NCBI GenBank assembly: GCA_040386355.1 | Contig: JAZKFP010000050.1 | Span: 1 to 58,860 of the forward strand | DNA from: Pseudomonadota bacterium | GTDB lineage: Bacteria; Pseudomonadota; Gammaproteobacteria; Pseudomonadales; UBA6940 | DNA length: 58,860 bases | Direction of reading: 5' to 3' | Part shown: one piece after another, positions 56,930-58,860 of the stretch | Position numbering within the stretch: position 1 is the first letter of the stretch | How the letters are laid out: each line of letters starts with the position of its first letter | Program-made: the position numbers and the translations under genes | Notes under the pieces: model-generated | The model's input: the letters and a program-made list of their open reading frames with translations, nothing else | Told to the model about the DNA's origin: nothing | Databases searched by the model: none

Positions 56930-57024
56930 AGTCATAAAAATTATTTAAGGCGTTGTTTTTTAAGGAACAATATTTTCAATATAATTTTTTTGTACGATTG
57001 GAAATAAAAAATTAAGAGCGGACT

Positions 57025-57073
57025 TGTCAGGATGTGACAAAGTTGTCAGGTAAGAACGACGTTTTGTGTCAGG
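57025..57073. promoter_or_regulatory. three TGTCAGG repeats: candidate enhancer-binding (PilR-like) sites
   Basis: TGTCAGG at 57025, 57044 and 57067, plus TGTGACA at 57033. Located about 100-150 bp upstream of the sigma54 promoter. Confidence 0.45.
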
Positions 57074-57109
57074 CAGTATTATCCAGCTAATTTCTAAAAT
57101 GGATTAAAC

Positions 57110-57343
57110 CTATTTTATCAGTTGCCATCTTGCTTCAATGGTATCGGCGGATAAATCAGCTCCACAATCCCATTCAATAAAATATTTTCCATTTTTAACT
57201 TTTTTAAAATTTTTTAGTTCCTTTAATGGCAAGAAAACTTCTGATTCCAGATAATGCGTTATATTAAACAATCCAGATCGAGCGTCTTCTGAGGTTACAT
57301 GCAATGTAAAATCATCTTTTGGAATAATGTGCGTAATAATCAT
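57110..57343 (-). CDS. DUF2442-like small protein
   Basis: 77 aa; the ...FKKVKNGKYFIEWDCGADLSADTI pattern fits DUF2442. Confidence 0.55.
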   Translation of the reverse strand: MIITHIIPKDDFTLHVTSEDARSGLFNITHYLESEVFLPLKELKNFKKVKNGKYFIEWDCGADLSADTIEARWQLIK

Positions 57344-57457
57344 TGATTCATACCAAGCTTATTTGTTCAGCAAATTTAAGCATTTCAAATAACTCTTCTT
57401 AAGTACGTTATTTTTGATAAAAAATAGGAAAACATAATTCTTAGATTTCTAAATCAG

Positions 57458-58180
57458 TCATCGAATTTGAACCGTATCTGGTCTTAACCAAATCGGCTCA
57501 AAATTATTAGCAGTAATAATATTTTTGTTTTGCCATTCTGTTCTAGCTAAAATTAAAACATCTTCTGATTCAATGGTTGAAGAAATCTCTTCATGATTTA
57601 GCGTTTCAAACGAATGATTTTCAGAATTAATTGAATAAATAACCGATTTTTTTTCTAGTAAAATTGCAGGAGATAATAATGCTGCTCCACTGCCAAAAAT
57701 AATTGAGCTTTCATTTTCCAATAAAATGGATTCAATTTTCCATTCTGACAAAGGTAATGCTTGTTCAATTTGCAAAATCTCAACGCGATTCTTATCAAAT
57801 CGATAACCGGCGTAATAAATTTCATTCATGCGCGCATCCATTGCAACATACACTGCATGACAACCTGTTAAACGATGTGCTTTATGCGCTAAGGCTTTTA
57901 AAGAAGAAATTGCAATCATAGGTCGATTTAATGAGAACGATAAACCTTGCGCAAATGCACACGCAATACGAATACCGGTAAACGCACCTGGGCCCGCAGC
58001 GACTGCAATAACCTCAATATCATTCAACGAATAATTATGTGCATCTAACAATTCTTGCAACATCGGTAGTAAAACACGCGCCTGACCTTTACTCTCTAGT
58101 GAAATTCGCTGATCGCACCAATCATCACTACCAATCGCCACAGAACAAGAATTTTCAGACGCATCAATTGCAAGAATCAT
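57458..58180 (-). CDS. tsaB: tRNA t6A biosynthesis protein TsaB (YeaZ)
   Basis: MILAIDAS...CSVAI..., VIAVAAGPGAFTGIRIACAFAQGLSF. Confidence 0.85.
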   Translation of the reverse strand: MILAIDASENSCSVAIGSDDWCDQRISLESKGQARVLLPMLQELLDAHNYSLNDIEVIAVAAGPGAFTGIRIACAFAQGLSFSLNRPMIAISSLKALAHKAHRLTGCHAVYVAMDARMNEIYYAGYRFDKNRVEILQIEQALPLSEWKIESILLENESSIIFGSGAALLSPAILLEKKSVIYSINSENHSFETLNHEEISSTIESEDVLILARTEWQNKNIITANNFEPIWLRPDTVQIR

Positions 58181-58354
58181 ATTAAGAATTCAAAAACTAT
58201 TAGAAAGGAAAAATTAGAGGAACCTGCAGCGGATTAAGATTTTGTTCAGAGGCAAGGCAAAAAATTATGCAGAAGCGCAGTTTACTCAAAAGTAAATGAG
58301 CATTCTAAGTAATTTTTTAACGCAGCATATGAGCAAAATAAAATCCGCCTCAAA

Positions 58355-58381
58355 TAAAAAAAGCTCCTTGGGAAGGAGCTT
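58355..58381 (-). terminator. rho-independent terminator after the histone-like gene
   Basis: AAGCTCCTT-GGG-AAGGAGCTT stem followed by T7 on the minus strand. Confidence 0.65.
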
Positions 58382-58466
58382 GATTCTAATGGATTTTCCA
58401 ACCCATCACTATCGCTTTTAGCTAAAGAGCTTCAACCAGTGAAGCACTCTAATTTGCGATGTATTT

Positions 58467-58860
58467 TTAGCTAGCTTTTTGCTCGCTTGACATCGGCATC
58501 ATTGGTGAACGTTTTACTTTCGATGCGCGTGGTTTACGAGCAGCTTTCATTTTACGAACCGCAGTTTTTGCTTTGGTTTTTGTAGAAGCTTTGGTTTTTT
58601 TTGGTTGTGACTTTTTTAATTTAGCTACTACTTTTTTTGCTTTTGCAGCAACTGCTGGACGGCCACGTTTTGCCGTTTTTACCTTTTTAACAGCCGCTTT
58701 TTTCGCTGCTGGTTTTTTAGCTGCTTTTTTTACAACTTTCTTAGCAGCTTTTTTGACAGTCACTTTTTTAGCTACTTTCTTAACGCTACGTTTAGCAACT
58801 GCTTTTTTAGCCGCTAATTTTGTTTTAGCTACTTTAGCTTTTGCAGCCTTAGGTTTTTTC
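58467..58860 (-). CDS. Lys/Ala-rich histone H1-like DNA-binding protein (5' end outside window)
   Basis: AKKxxAKK repeats throughout. The frame stays open from the annotated GTG (58763) to the window edge. Confidence 0.7.
   Translation of the reverse strand, partial: KKPKAAKAKVAKTKLAAKKAVAKRSVKKVAKKVTVKKAAKKVVKKAAKKPAAKKAAVKKVKTAKRGRPAVAAKAKKVVAKLKKSQPKKTKASTKTKAKTAVRKMKAARKPRASKVKRSPMMPMSSEQKAS

Overview
58.9-kb window of an AT-rich, gammaproteobacterial-type chromosome; a Legionellales/Coxiellaceae-like origin is inference only. The housekeeping backbone is gltX, alaS, mtnB-mtnD-mtnC, tsaB, an MFS-acyltransferase fusion, two tandem type IV pilins with a sigma54-type promoter, and a Lys/Ala-rich histone-like gene. 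Two tRNA-associated mobile elements interrupt it. (1) A ~28-kb integrative mobilizable element (3875-31904) sits at the 3' end of tRNA-Ala(GGC), bounded by a 13-bp direct repeat. It carries mobC (in-frame stop), a relaxase, a T4SS coupling protein but no mating-pair genes, ArdC, a small resolvase, and a large serine recombinase whose ORF runs across the junction into the tRNA. It also has a HigB2/HigA2-like TA pair and a dockerin-bearing Zn-protease next to a cohesin-like, VPLPG-CTERM-anchored protein. Its most interesting cargo is a compositionally foreign, GC-richer block (about 14340-20830). This block encodes an E2-E1-JAB triple-fusion protein, a ComEC-like metallo-beta-lactamase-fold protein, two membrane proteins and a 57-aa basic protein, opposite a divergent XRE/ImmA pair. 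This looks like a ubiquitin-like conjugation system with no separate Ubl gene. A second, fully orphan AT-rich gene set (23416-29756) lies beside the recombinase. (2) A 6.9-kb phage-satellite-like island (45355-52277) is flanked by perfect 49-bp repeats of the tRNA-Arg(ACG) 3' half. It has a P4-type integrase, an AlpA-like gene, iterons, a lone terminase small subunit and defence-like cargo (DUF4917-like, putative AbiC-like). All functional calls rest on motifs read by eye; no database search was run.
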